IMG/VR virus record: IMGVR_UViG_3300028483_000002
Coordinates: 9,580 to 73,579 of that record
Length of the DNA: 64,000 nucleotides
Reading direction: 5' to 3' (one strand)
From: a virus
Taxonomy: Duplodnaviria > Caudoviricetes
Shown here piece by piece: positions 9,637 through 19,710 of the stretch; within the stretch, counting starts at the first letter, position 1, and every line of letters begins with the position of its first letter. The notes under the pieces are model-generated. The model had not been told where the DNA came from and searched no databases. It saw nothing but the letters and a program-made list of their open reading frames with translations. Both the position numbers and the translations under genes were made by a program.

Positions 9637-11088
9637 CTAGTAAAGACCACCGTTGTAACCAACGTTTTTAATCAAAGCACAATATTCAGGAGCACGAACT
9701 TCGAGCATACCATAAAGAGCAACTACACCACGATGAGCAAGACTTGAATCTGTTGGTAAATCAAAGTTACTCATACCCATAAGCTGACCGAATGATACGT
9801 TAGGTTCCATTTCATCTGTATATGGTGTAACAAGTACAATTGATGCTGTTCCTGGTAAATCTTTGTTCAAATCAACATAAGTTGTTGCACCTTGTGGTGT
9901 TTTTGGAATTCTTACCATTTCCATTAATTGTGTTCCATTGGCATTAGAACGAGTAATAATAAAGCCTGTCGCAGCAGCTCCGTTAGAATCAGGTGTAATT
10001 GTCAATGTAACTTTTTCGCCACTTGCAACTGCAATTGGAGCAGAAACAACTGTTGCAGCTGAAATACCATAAGAGTTAATTGCGTGTACTGCGTATGTAT
10101 AATTCCCTGCATAAGCTGTTGTAAATTGAGATGCAGAATCTGCTGCAGCAACTCCAGCAATTGCTGTTGGAGCATTAGGACGTTTTGTTGCATCACCAGC
10201 TGCATAAACAGGGCCTTTTACTTTAAACATTTTGTCAGCACCACAATCATCTGTAATTCTGATTGTTGAGCTTACAGCTGTTACAATATTTGGTAATTTT
10301 TCAAATGTGAAACGAGTATCTTGTGTTGTAAAACGCAATCTATTGCTATACATTGTTTTGAACTGACTAGCCAAAATTGGTGGGAAATATGCTTCTTCCA
10401 AATCTCCACCTTTGTTGTATACTTGTTCTGCAATTGTATCAAACAATGCTTCACCTGCATCAATAGCAACTCCATCAATAGTGTCAGATTCACCAATTTC
10501 CAAACCACGAATATCAACAACTGTCGAACGAAGTCTTTCAGGTTTTGAAGTATCATTTGCTGCATCAGAAATAATTTTTTCAAAACCATCGTATTGTTTT
10601 GGAGAAACCGAGCTATCACCATGGAAAATACAACGTTCTGTACCTTTTGTAACACGCATAACAGCAGATACTTTTTGAGCGTTAATTGGATTTTCAGCAT
10701 TGTCTGTCAATGTCAATGGATGTGAAACTTCCCATTTGCTTGACATGTATTTAGTTTCGTAAATCTTACGACTGAACTGTGGATCGCCTTCTGTTGCTTG
10801 TTCACCTTCGCCTACAAACAAGAATTCGTCTGAACCCACATCTGTTTGACGGTTTACTTGGTGTACTGTAGAACTTACAGGTTGTTTGTGTAATTTATGG
10901 AAAACTTTACAGTCTTTTTGTTTTACATCAAGAACAGTTACAAGAGTCGCTTCCAAATCTTCTCTTTGTAATGCACGACCTTGTGTATAGTTAGCTGCAT
11001 TTGTTCCATAACCAGCATTAAGAGCTTTTTCAAGCTCATCATTTTGAGATGTTGTAACAAAATCTTCTTGTTCAAAAATATCTCCCAT
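9637..11088 (-). CDS. Major capsid protein (HK97 fold, Herelleviridae-like, Ig-like insertion)
   Basis: LEKALNAGYGT...GRALQREDLEATL, FVGEG, TERCIFHGDS and C-terminal VALYGMLEVRAP....IKNV. Confidence 0.9.
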   Translation of the reverse strand: MGDIFEQEDFVTTSQNDELEKALNAGYGTNAANYTQGRALQREDLEATLVTVLDVKQKDCKVFHKLHKQPVSSTVHQVNRQTDVGSDEFLFVGEGEQATEGDPQFSRKIYETKYMSSKWEVSHPLTLTDNAENPINAQKVSAVMRVTKGTERCIFHGDSSVSPKQYDGFEKIISDAANDTSKPERLRSTVVDIRGLEIGESDTIDGVAIDAGEALFDTIAEQVYNKGGDLEEAYFPPILASQFKTMYSNRLRFTTQDTRFTFEKLPNIVTAVSSTIRITDDCGADKMFKVKGPVYAAGDATKRPNAPTAIAGVAAADSASQFTTAYAGNYTYAVHAINSYGISAATVVSAPIAVASGEKVTLTITPDSNGAAATGFIITRSNANGTQLMEMVRIPKTPQGATTYVDLNKDLPGTASIVLVTPYTDEMEPNVSFGQLMGMSNFDLPTDSSLAHRGVVALYGMLEVRAPEYCALIKNVGYNGGLY

Positions 11089-11101
11089 TTTTCTCTCCTC
11101 C

Positions 11102-12547
11102 CTATCTATTTTCTCTTACAATTGAACAAATTTTAGACCAAACTTCTGGTTTTACAGCCTGTGTTCCAAATTTCATTGATTTTTGGAATTCAGAATTGTA
11201 GAACTGAACTTGTTCTGGATTCATATTCCCTGCTTTTGCAGATTTAACAATTGCTGTTTTGAACTCATCAAAATCAGCCGATGTTGGTTTTCTGTTTGAT
11301 GCGTGTAAATTTGTAGTTGAATCTACAGATTTAGAAATTACAGATTGTCTTTCCATTGGCTGCCCAAGACTTTTTGTTACAGCAATCATTGATTCTTGTA
11401 ATTCATCAATTGATTTTCTAAGTTGATTATTTTCTTCTCTTAAAATATCAATTTCAGAACTCATAGATTTAACTAATTCAGTTGCATCAAGATCTTCTTC
11501 TTCGTCAATTTCTTCATCATCTTCTTCGTCAGATTTTTTGACATTAGATTTTTTAATGCACCCCTTTTTTACACCCTTACCTTTTTTAACTTCATCATCT
11601 TCTTCATCTACTGTTTCATCACCGTCAGATTCAATATATAAATCTTCTTCTTCGTACATTTCATCTTTTGGTTTTGCCATAGATTTTAAAAGTGAATCCA
11701 TTGTTGCAGCAAAATTACTTTTCTTCATTTTGACCCCTCCCTGTTTTATTATTTCAAGAGTAGTTTCTCTTGCTTTATCCTCATCAAATCCCTTATCTAT
11801 AAAGTAATCTTCAATTTCTTCTTGTGTTTTTAATTCCCCAGAATCAATTGCTTTTACACATTCTTTTATTACTTCTTTTTCAGGATCAATTTTTCCTTCA
11901 TTTATTTCTAAAAGTTTTACAGTTTCTTTTTCTAAATCTTCATCTTGCAAGGCTCTACCACCTTCATAGTCAGCTGCGTTTGTTCCATAACCAGCATTCA
12001 AACTTTTACAAAAATCCACCATTGATATTGACTTTGCGAATTTCGCACTCCCAACAGTCCAATTAACAGGAGAAACGGTTAATGCTAAATCATTCCACAT
12101 AAAAGAAGTAATTGTTTCACTGCCATCTGCATTTTTATGTACTTTTGGCATAATCCCACCAATAGACGCTTTTACTCTTGTTGATTTATTTTTTAGAAGT
12201 TCAATATATGGTTTTGCAGCTTCAACACCCTTGTATAAAATACCTTTTACAAAAGTTGATTTTCCTTCTTTGCGAACAGAAATAGGTTCTCCAATAATTT
12301 TCTCTTTATGAGTTTCTACTGAACCATCTTCATTTCTGGTTTTGTGTAAGTGATCATCGGAAATTACCCCATTACTCAGAAAGTAATCTTTTGAATCTTC
12401 CAATGCACTCTGTAAAGTGATTTGATTTTGTAAATCAAGATTTTCATTACTTGCTTCTACTTCAAAAACATAGTTCCCATTTTCATCTTCTTTACCTGTA
12501 ATTGATTTACAAATGTTTTCCTGAATGTAAATGTTCTCATCCATCAT
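11102..12547 (-). CDS. Prohead protease fused to an acidic, KS-rich scaffold region
   Basis: FEVEASNENLDLQNQI, ISDDH, IIGEP, VKASIGG, LALTVSPVN; the C-terminal half is acidic and coiled-coil-like. Confidence 0.85.
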   Translation of the reverse strand: MMDENIYIQENICKSITGKEDENGNYVFEVEASNENLDLQNQITLQSALEDSKDYFLSNGVISDDHLHKTRNEDGSVETHKEKIIGEPISVRKEGKSTFVKGILYKGVEAAKPYIELLKNKSTRVKASIGGIMPKVHKNADGSETITSFMWNDLALTVSPVNWTVGSAKFAKSISMVDFCKSLNAGYGTNAADYEGGRALQDEDLEKETVKLLEINEGKIDPEKEVIKECVKAIDSGELKTQEEIEDYFIDKGFDEDKARETTLEIIKQGGVKMKKSNFAATMDSLLKSMAKPKDEMYEEEDLYIESDGDETVDEEDDEVKKGKGVKKGCIKKSNVKKSDEEDDEEIDEEEDLDATELVKSMSSEIDILREENNQLRKSIDELQESMIAVTKSLGQPMERQSVISKSVDSTTNLHASNRKPTSADFDEFKTAIVKSAKAGNMNPEQVQFYNSEFQKSMKFGTQAVKPEVWSKICSIVRENR

Positions 12548-12575
12548 TTTTGCAACCCTATTAAAAAATTGAAAT

Positions 12576-12640
12576 AAAAAAAGGCAGCCACAACGAACTA
12601 TAAAAAATTCGTTATGACTGCCTTATAATAAGCACATCAA
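12576..12640 (-). promoter_or_regulatory. Late leader element L2
   Basis: TGATGTGC...GGCAGTCATAACGAA...TTCGTTGTGGCTGCC followed by T7. Confidence 0.7.
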
Positions 12641-12651
12641 TTATTTAGTAA

Positions 12652-12680
12652 ATAGTATTACAACTAATACTTTTTGTCAA
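12652..12680 (-). promoter_or_regulatory. Sigma70 promoter of the protease/capsid operon with an embedded palindromic operator
   Basis: TTGACA-17-TACTAT; the palindrome AGTATTACAACTAATACT lies at 12654-12671. Confidence 0.75.
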
Positions 12681-12693
12681 GTTTATTTGTAAT

Positions 12694-14526
12694 CTATAAC
12701 CCACAAATCCCACATTCATTCAAAACTTCTTCAACCTTAAAAGCAATTGAATTAAACAATTCCGGATTTTCTGCTGAATAATCTGAAAACAATGATTCGT
12801 TATTAATTTCTTCAATGACTTCATCTTCATCTTCATCTTCAAAATCATTACAGAACATAATAATATCTTCTAAAGATTTTTTTATATCATTTGTATTGAT
12901 AATACGATTTTCTAACTCAGCACCATTTTCTATTGGTAGTAAAACAACCGCTTTATTTCCACTTTCAAATTTCACTCTGCTTTTGTTATCTCCAGGAATA
13001 ACTTGCATCTTTACATTACTTAATGGACCTAAAAAGTTTTGAACAGTCTTTAGGTAATCAGTATTAAAATATCTATCCCCTAGTTTTATAATTGAAAACT
13101 CTTTTTCTTCTTTCCCGTTATAATCTTTTCCTGTTACAACAGTTTTAGGAGCTGCTTTAATAATTGCATCAATACCATCTGGTATAGCACTTTCTTTCTG
13201 ACCGTCTATTACAAATACTTTATCCATATTAGTGATTTTATCTGTTTTAGTAGGTTCTTCAAATTTTTCTCTGCTACATAACATCACCTTTCCATCTGTT
13301 GTAATAGTCCAATCTTCTCCATCTATGTTATAGTTATGTTTTGCAAAACGTTTTCCTTGATCTGCATTACTGGCTTTTTTTATTGCTTTCTTCTCAAAAT
13401 CATCAAAAGTCTTTTGTTGTTTAGGTGTCATTTGATTCTGTTGTTTTTCTTCTTTATTTTCTTGGAAATACCCATCATCATTTATTTCCAAAGCTCCGCC
13501 TTTATAACTTTCCCAAATTTTTCTTGCAACATTATGATTAACTAATTTTGCCCACTCTTTTGCAATTTCATCAAGAGAAATTTCACTTTTTCTATCAGCC
13601 ATATATTCAATAAACTTATCAATACTACCTTTAAAATCTTCCACATGAGAATTTGCATATCTTTGAATTGTCGTAATTGGTTTTTTAAGCATTTTTTCTG
13701 TTGATAAAATTGTTTTATCAGAAACTTCGGTAACATAATCAATTTGTTTATCTGTAGCAAACTTTCCTTTAATTGCTACCTTTGTTTCATCTTTCTTTTC
13801 AGTTGATTCATTTAATTTATCTAGCACTTTTGCATATCCATCTTCACCTATTAAATTTTTTTCATTCTGAATTAGTCTTTGCCTTTTTATATAATCCTCG
13901 GCTTCCTTTTTTGTGTTAAATTTTTCTACTTCACGACCACCTTCTTCTGTATAAACATAGTATTTGTTACCCATTTTCTGAATTGTAGCTTTGTCGTATT
14001 TATTTGGTTTTAAATCTTTCTTTTCAGTATTTTCAGATTTACCCTTACTTTCAATCTTTCCAGATTGTCTATCTACTTCTGCCCTAATTTTATCCAAAAT
14101 AGGTAAGTCCATTCCATTTTCATCTTGAAATCTTTGTTTATTCTGCATTACAAAGTTCATAAGTTCTTCAACATCATCAATCTTTTTTACTTTTGCAATT
14201 AAATGTCCTACAGCAATGTTTGTACCTCTGCCTTCTTTTTCATACATTCTAGCCCATTTTCCAGGAGCAATCTTTTTATATTTTTTCCCCTTCCAAACAC
14301 GAACTGTACCAATCCCATAACCAGCCTTTTCAATCCATTCACCAGAAATTGATTTTTCCAAATATTTATATTTTTTTTCTTCCTTACTGAATTGTTCTAT
14401 TGCTTTTTTATAGTCTTTTGCTTCTTGTTTTTTAAGAATAGCAATTATTTCCTGTTTGAGTTCATCCAATTTTCTTTTACCAAGTGATTTCCAGATTTCT
14501 TTTAATACAGATTTTTGAATAAGCAT
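12694..14526 (-). CDS. Putative capsid-packaged cargo protein (shared GYGIGTVR module, C-terminal clamp-like domain)
   Basis: MLIQKSV leader; KAGYGIGTVRVWKGKKYKKIAPGKW module shared with 23458..24978; acidic tail after KKSL. Confidence 0.55.
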   Translation of the reverse strand: MLIQKSVLKEIWKSLGKRKLDELKQEIIAILKKQEAKDYKKAIEQFSKEEKKYKYLEKSISGEWIEKAGYGIGTVRVWKGKKYKKIAPGKWARMYEKEGRGTNIAVGHLIAKVKKIDDVEELMNFVMQNKQRFQDENGMDLPILDKIRAEVDRQSGKIESKGKSENTEKKDLKPNKYDKATIQKMGNKYYVYTEEGGREVEKFNTKKEAEDYIKRQRLIQNEKNLIGEDGYAKVLDKLNESTEKKDETKVAIKGKFATDKQIDYVTEVSDKTILSTEKMLKKPITTIQRYANSHVEDFKGSIDKFIEYMADRKSEISLDEIAKEWAKLVNHNVARKIWESYKGGALEINDDGYFQENKEEKQQNQMTPKQQKTFDDFEKKAIKKASNADQGKRFAKHNYNIDGEDWTITTDGKVMLCSREKFEEPTKTDKITNMDKVFVIDGQKESAIPDGIDAIIKAAPKTVVTGKDYNGKEEKEFSIIKLGDRYFNTDYLKTVQNFLGPLSNVKMQVIPGDNKSRVKFESGNKAVVLLPIENGAELENRIINTNDIKKSLEDIIMFCNDFEDEDEDEVIEEINNESLFSDYSAENPELFNSIAFKVEEVLNECGICGL

Positions 14527-14557
14527 TTTATTTTCTCCCCTAAAATAATTTTAAAAC

Positions 14558-14610
14558 AAAAAAAGCAGCCACAACTATAAAAGTTATGACTGCTCTTTTG
14601 AACACATCAA
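14558..14610 (-). promoter_or_regulatory. Late leader element L3
   Basis: TGATGTGTTC...GCAGTCATAAC-TTTTATA-GTTGTGGCTGC followed by T7; the stem is nearly identical to L2. Confidence 0.7.
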
Positions 14611-14695
14611 ATAAACACATTAAATATAATTATATTGTTATAATATATTTAAAAAAAGTCAATATCAATTTTCTTTCAACTTTTCATAAATCAAA

Positions 14696-15856
14696 TTAAT
14701 ATTCCCCTTTTTTATATTTTTCCAAAATAGAACTAGATGATTCTATTTTTTCCCTGCCACCTACCCCAAAGCACAAATCAACCCCTAAAGATTCACACAA
14801 ATCGCATTCCGGAACATTCTTATATTCGGATCTATCCCCACCATTGCAAAATGATAATTTTGCCATAGGATATTTTTCTCTAATTTTTGACAATGCAACT
14901 TTTACAGTTCCGTCAACATCAAAATCATCATAAATAACATCTACAACACCTTTTATTGAACGCAAAACAGCTTCCCTAGATTCACGCTGTAATAATGGCT
15001 GATGTTTTCGTTCTTGTAACCATTCATCACTATTCATAATTACTATTACACCGTCTTTTGATATTTTTGCGGCCTCTTTGATTAATTCAATATGACCTTT
15101 GTGCAATGGATCAAACCCGCCAGAAACGATGCTATATTTTTTTTCTTCTACCTCAAAACATAATTCTTGTGCATAAGGAAGCGACCTTGCCCAGTAAATA
15201 AAATCCTTACTCCATTCTGTCAACTTGTGAAATCGTCTTTGTCCTACAGAACACATATTCAAAAGATTTTCATAATTCATTGTTACAGTTCTTTTCTGTA
15301 ACCAACTTTCTGGAAGCAACCTGATAAGTTCTTTCCAATAGCGTTTGTCTTTTGTTTCAAGGTATATCTTTCTTAATCTTTCTAGTTGACCTATATGTTC
15401 TTCCCAATAATCATCAAAAAAGGAATAAGGTAGAGAAATATGGTCACAACTACCCATAAAGTCATCCATTTCAAAACAATACTTCGTTATTGGAGTATTT
15501 GCTAACTTGTGCATTGTGCTTGTACTGTTTGCAACGGTTCCAACTTTGTAAGTCGAAAATTCTTTCCACCAGTACAATGGAGCTGTAATTGTAACTTCAA
15601 CTTGTATTTGTCTAAGAAACTTTCTATGCTCACTTCCTGCTTTTATAAGTGTTTGTGCAAGTTTCATATCGTTTTCACCAATTATCGCATACTCGCAAAT
15701 ATTATTGTTTTTATGCAAAATAACCATATCATTAGTAACGTCATTTAGGGAACAAAATCCAAACTTACTGTCGATTTTATCCCAACTGTTTTTTGGATTT
15801 CTCATACCATATAAAGCGTTCTCAAAACCACAAACTCTTGTTCTATCAAATTTCAT
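14696..15856 (-). CDS. ThyX-like domain fused to a cytidylyltransferase-like (HxGH) domain
   Basis: N-terminal SEHRKFLRQI.V...ITAPLYWWKEF...LLPESWLQKRTVTMNYENL; C-terminal IVSGGFDPLHKGHIELI...NSDEWL...FCNGGDR...KIESSSSIL. Confidence 0.7.
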   Translation of the reverse strand: MKFDRTRVCGFENALYGMRNPKNSWDKIDSKFGFCSLNDVTNDMVILHKNNNICEYAIIGENDMKLAQTLIKAGSEHRKFLRQIQVEVTITAPLYWWKEFSTYKVGTVANSTSTMHKLANTPITKYCFEMDDFMGSCDHISLPYSFFDDYWEEHIGQLERLRKIYLETKDKRYWKELIRLLPESWLQKRTVTMNYENLLNMCSVGQRRFHKLTEWSKDFIYWARSLPYAQELCFEVEEKKYSIVSGGFDPLHKGHIELIKEAAKISKDGVIVIMNSDEWLQERKHQPLLQRESREAVLRSIKGVVDVIYDDFDVDGTVKVALSKIREKYPMAKLSFCNGGDRSEYKNVPECDLCESLGVDLCFGVGGREKIESSSSILEKYKKGEY

Positions 15857-16284
15857 TTCTTTTCTCCTTTTATAAAATCTTCTGCATTTTGTCTTGCATA
15901 TTCGTGAGAGTTATTTAACAAATCTTTAATAATCGCTTTTGCATATTCCAAATCTGTTTTTAACTCTTCAATTCTATTTGACCATTCAATTTCTCTTTCA
16001 TTAGCCCAATCTAACGATTGTTTTAAGTCTGTGTTATACTCTTTTATTTGCTCATTTTCTTCCATCACTTTTTGATTAATGAGTTCAAGTTCATCACAGT
16101 GTTCTTTTAATTCTTTAAACAACTTTGTGTTTTGTTCGTTTTTTTTACATAACTTTTCAACTGTTTTTCGACAACTCCAAACACCACATTCTAAATCTAT
16201 AAGATATTTATTCTCATCTGCATAATCTTCTCTTACTGGTTTTTCAGGACAAAATTTAAATGCAGGACAATTTGTACAAATCAT
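15853..16284 (-). CDS. Hypothetical protein (Cys-rich N-terminus, coiled coil)
   Basis: Coupled ORF with SD, no recognised family. Confidence 0.45.
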   Translation of the reverse strand: MICTNCPAFKFCPEKPVREDYADENKYLIDLECGVWSCRKTVEKLCKKNEQNTKLFKELKEHCDELELINQKVMEENEQIKEYNTDLKQSLDWANEREIEWSNRIEELKTDLEYAKAIIKDLLNNSHEYARQNAEDFIKGEKK

Positions 16285-16658
16285 TCTTCCACTCCTAATT
16301 GTTTAAATACTTTTTGCATTTTAGGAAATTGTTTCGCAAACCAATCTGTCATTTCTTCATTCGTAGCCCAATCACAATTTTCCCATAAACCACATTCAAA
16401 TAAGAAGGCGTGAATTATTTCGTGTCTAAAAACTGACGGTATATGTCTTTCTAGACCACCTGCAATAGAAGGGGCTTTCTTGTATTCTTCATCATATAAA
16501 TCACTGTTTATATGAATTTCTTTAAGAAACCTTTCTACATATCCATCTGCACGTGTCATTTTTGGGTTACATTTTTCGCTATCGTAAAAAATTTTGTATT
16601 TAACTCCTAAAACATTAACTTCTTTAGGTAATTTATTTGTACTAGTTTTTTTTCTCAT
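16281..16658 (-). CDS. Small zincin-like (HExxH) phage protein
   Basis: VFRHEIIHAFLFECGL...NEEMTDWFAKQFPK. Confidence 0.55.
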   Translation of the reverse strand: MRKKTSTNKLPKEVNVLGVKYKIFYDSEKCNPKMTRADGYVERFLKEIHINSDLYDEEYKKAPSIAGGLERHIPSVFRHEIIHAFLFECGLWENCDWATNEEMTDWFAKQFPKMQKVFKQLGVEE

Positions 16659-16852
16659 TATTTCATTCTCCAGTTACTTAAATTTTCGCAATCACAACCT
16701 TCAAATTCAAAAAGTTTTGTATAATCAATACAATTTTCGCAACATCTAAGATTTTTAATAATTTCTTTTAATTCTTTAATCTCATCTTCCTTTTGTTTTA
16801 GTAAAGTTTCGTTATTCGTGATTAAATTCTTCACAATCAAATTCAACTTCAA
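16658..16852 (-). CDS. Hypothetical protein
   Basis: Coupled small ORF with CCENC motif. Confidence 0.35.
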   Translation of the reverse strand: MKLNLIVKNLITNNETLLKQKEDEIKELKEIIKNLRCCENCIDYTKLFEFEGCDCENLSNWRMK

Positions 16853-17198
16853 TAAGACGTTTTTTAATTTCAGCGTTAAGTTGTTTTTCGTTTTTCAAAT
16901 CCTCTATTAATTTTTCATTTTTAGATTTTTCCCTCGATAAATCAGATTGTAGTTCATATATGCGTTTTGCAAGGCTTTGTTTTTCTTGTTTTAATTCTTC
17001 ATCAAGTTTTTGATATTCAGCAAATCGAACCCAAGACTTGTCATTGAATACTACTATTTCTATATCTTTCATTTGTTTAATATCCTCCTCCACACAAACA
17101 GTCATACCAAGAAATATTTTTACTAGACACAGATTTTCTAGATTGATAATTCTTGTAATTCTTCTGATTAAAATGCTCTTCCACTTTTTCGATTTCAT
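16812..17198 (-). CDS. Hypothetical coiled-coil protein (start probably near 17072)
   Basis: ORF track; SD GGAGGA precedes MKDIEIV. Confidence 0.35.
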   Translation of the reverse strand: MKSKKWKSILIRRITRIINLENLCLVKIFLGMTVCVEEDIKQMKDIEIVVFNDKSWVRFAEYQKLDEELKQEKQSLAKRIYELQSDLSREKSKNEKLIEDLKNEKQLNAEIKKRLIEVEFDCEEFNHE

Positions 17199-17433
17199 TT
17201 ACGACGCAGTAAGTAGCCATATAAAAAGCAGCCTGCCAGCTTTTTCGTTCAAAAGATAAAGGCAACCCTGCTTCAATCGAACATCCAAGAGAATTAAGTT
17301 TGTTAATATCTCTCTCTGATTTTGACAATAACCATTTAGCTTTATTAATTGTGCCACTAGGATTACGATGATGTTCTAAATAGTTTCTTTTTCCAAAAGT
17401 AGTTGTATAAGGTTTAATTATTGTTACTGCCAT
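17077..17433 (-). CDS. Hypothetical protein
   Basis: ORF in operon, no recognised family. Confidence 0.4.
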   Translation of the reverse strand: MAVTIIKPYTTTFGKRNYLEHHRNPSGTINKAKWLLSKSERDINKLNSLGCSIEAGLPLSFERKSWQAAFYMATYCVVNEIEKVEEHFNQKNYKNYQSRKSVSSKNISWYDCLCGGGY

Positions 17434-17436
17434 ATA

Positions 17437-17754
17437 CTAATCCTTGAATTTTGCAATTTCTTCTTCTGTTACACCCATACTTATTAACAATAAAACACAA
17501 TAGCCAATAATATCTGCTACATCGTTTACTCTTGGTTTTTCGTCTGTATTAGATTTAATTCTGCCAATTTTATCGTCAAGTCTAATTAAAATAGAATTTG
17601 TGGCATCTCCCTTGTAAAAAATATTATTAGGATTCAAGGCAGAATCACCATATTTGTGATTTTTATATAGCAACAAATCCTGCATTGCATTTGTGATTTT
17701 TTTAATTTTTTCTTGCGTACTTTCACAAAAAGGATAAATATTATTTTCAATCAT
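17437..17754 (-). CDS. Nucleotide-modification-associated domain 1 (DUF1599/Nmad1-like) protein
   Basis: LLLYKNHKYGDS...ILIRLDDKIGRIK...DVADIIGYCVLLLI. Confidence 0.65.
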   Translation of the reverse strand: MIENNIYPFCESTQEKIKKITNAMQDLLLYKNHKYGDSALNPNNIFYKGDATNSILIRLDDKIGRIKSNTDEKPRVNDVADIIGYCVLLLISMGVTEEEIAKFKD

Positions 17755-17912
17755 GATTTCTCCTTAAAATACCTGGTATAAATTTTATCTTTCAACGAAC
17801 CTAATAAAATTCTGGCACCAGGTAAGCCAAAAATAATTTTAATATAAGTTTTTTTTGTGGTGGTTACTTCTCCACACAGTTTTTTTGAACAATCAACGAT
17901 TGTTTTATATGT

Positions 17913-19595
17913 CTAACAACTTGGCAGCCCAAGAAGTGAAACACCTGAATCAATTCCAACTTGAAAATTAGACTTCCAAATACTGTTTATTTCTTGTTCT
18001 GAAAGATCCATTTCTTTCATGGCCTCTGTTTTATTTTGAACCCATCCGTTTATTCTTGCCATTTCAACGTTTAACTTTTGCATAAACTCTTTACAAAACT
18101 TTACATGTCTATTACCGTTTTTATATAGCTTAATGTTTGCAAAAAGTTTTCCATCAGTTGTATAAACATCAAAATCATTCCAATCGCTTTCTTTTACAGT
18201 TTCGTATTTATCTGGAAATGTAATCTGTGTTTTAAATCCTAGATTTTCTGCAATAATTAAAGTGTCTTGTACAAACTCAATTGCACTTCTATCAATTCTG
18301 CAAGAGTTACTTCCCCAACCATATTCAAAGTTTCTCCAACCTTTAACTACAATCCTGTAATCTAATTGAAAATACTTTGCTTTTTTCATTCTTTCTTTTT
18401 TATCATCCCCATAAAAATGCTTAGTTTCATCAAATGTATCTTTGATATATCGCCAATCATCTTCATTCCAACGTTTATTTGATTTATAACGGTGAATTGT
18501 TTTTGTGTTGCATAAACTAAAGAAATATTCTGTTATCTGCTCGTCAAAAAGTGTATTGGAATGTTTAATCATCCATACTGTAAGTTGAACAATATTTTTT
18601 AATGTGAAATCAATGGCTGTGTTGTCATTCAACCTATTGATAACTTTCTCTCTACCTGTTGATGTTAGCCGACTTGTAAGTTTGTCATATTTTTTGAAAA
18701 GTAAATCCCAATAAATATGTTTCAAACCTTGCAACCTTTCTTTTAGGGCAGCTTTTAATCCAGGAATATCAATTTTTAATTCCTTTAATAAGTCATAATC
18801 AAGTTCTTCCAATTTTCTATAGTTTCTATAGAGTTTTTCCATATCTTTGTTATAGAACTCTACTAGCATTTCTGCTGTATCACCCTTTTGGATAATTTCA
18901 TTTTTAAGATTTTCTTCTGTTTCCCTTCTGTATGATGTTTCATACTGTCTGTTTTTATCTGCATCAATTTTGAAAGTTTCCTCGAACCACAAATCAAAAG
19001 GATCTGTTGGTTTATTATCATAACTTTTGTTTTGATACATATAAGGGGCAGGTGTAAGCACAATCAAGTCTACAGTTGCTCTTGCTTTTCTTTCAGCTTC
19101 TAAAAAATCATAAGTTCCAATAATTTGATATTTGAACTTTCTTTTTTCAATTGCATCAATCAACTTTTCATTATTTTTCCATCGACTAGGAATTACTAAA
19201 GCAATTTTTTCTGCATTGCCTTGTTTTATGATTTTTTCAGTCCAAATTTCAAATTCTGAATAAGGTGGATTACAGAAAATCATATCCACTTTTTTATCAA
19301 TTAAAGTTTGTTCGTGAAAATCTGAACCTAAAAGTACAATATCATCTGGGAGATTTGCTGCAAGAATGTCAGATTTTTCAATTCCATATTTTGTAATATA
19401 TTTAAATTCTTCACAATTACAAAACTTTTCAAAAAATGAGCCATTACCACAACCAATATCTAAAACTTTTCTAGGAATTTTTTCATATTTCAAATGTTTT
19501 TTTAACGCCTCTACAATTTCTGTTGTAGTAGGATAAAATTCAAAATCTTCACACCACTGTTTAAGTTCTTTAACAATTGTCGATGTTCTTTTCAC
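17913..19595 (-). CDS. N6-adenine DNA methyltransferase with DUF4942-like C-terminus
   Basis: FEFYPT, VLDIGCGNG (motif I), NPPY (motif IV), C-terminal NIKLYKNGNRHVKF. Confidence 0.8.
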   Translation of the reverse strand: MKRTSTIVKELKQWCEDFEFYPTTTEIVEALKKHLKYEKIPRKVLDIGCGNGSFFEKFCNCEEFKYITKYGIEKSDILAANLPDDIVLLGSDFHEQTLIDKKVDMIFCNPPYSEFEIWTEKIIKQGNAEKIALVIPSRWKNNEKLIDAIEKRKFKYQIIGTYDFLEAERKARATVDLIVLTPAPYMYQNKSYDNKPTDPFDLWFEETFKIDADKNRQYETSYRRETEENLKNEIIQKGDTAEMLVEFYNKDMEKLYRNYRKLEELDYDLLKELKIDIPGLKAALKERLQGLKHIYWDLLFKKYDKLTSRLTSTGREKVINRLNDNTAIDFTLKNIVQLTVWMIKHSNTLFDEQITEYFFSLCNTKTIHRYKSNKRWNEDDWRYIKDTFDETKHFYGDDKKERMKKAKYFQLDYRIVVKGWRNFEYGWGSNSCRIDRSAIEFVQDTLIIAENLGFKTQITFPDKYETVKESDWNDFDVYTTDGKLFANIKLYKNGNRHVKFCKEFMQKLNVEMARINGWVQNKTEAMKEMDLSEQEINSIWKSNFQVGIDSGVSLLGLPSC

Positions 19596-19610
19596 ATTTT
19601 ACTCCGTTTA

Positions 19611-19663
19611 AGTATTAGTTCTAATACTTTTTATAAAGTATAGCATATTAAACGTTTTGTCAA
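19611..19663 (-). promoter_or_regulatory. Promoter and operator for the methyltransferase
   Basis: TTGACA (19658-19663) with extended -10 TGCTATACT; palindrome AGTATTAGTTCTAATACT at 19611-19628. Confidence 0.65.
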
Positions 19664-19710
19664 CAAAAAGTTTAGTAATTTTTATTACACTTTATGCCGA
19701 TAATATTATT

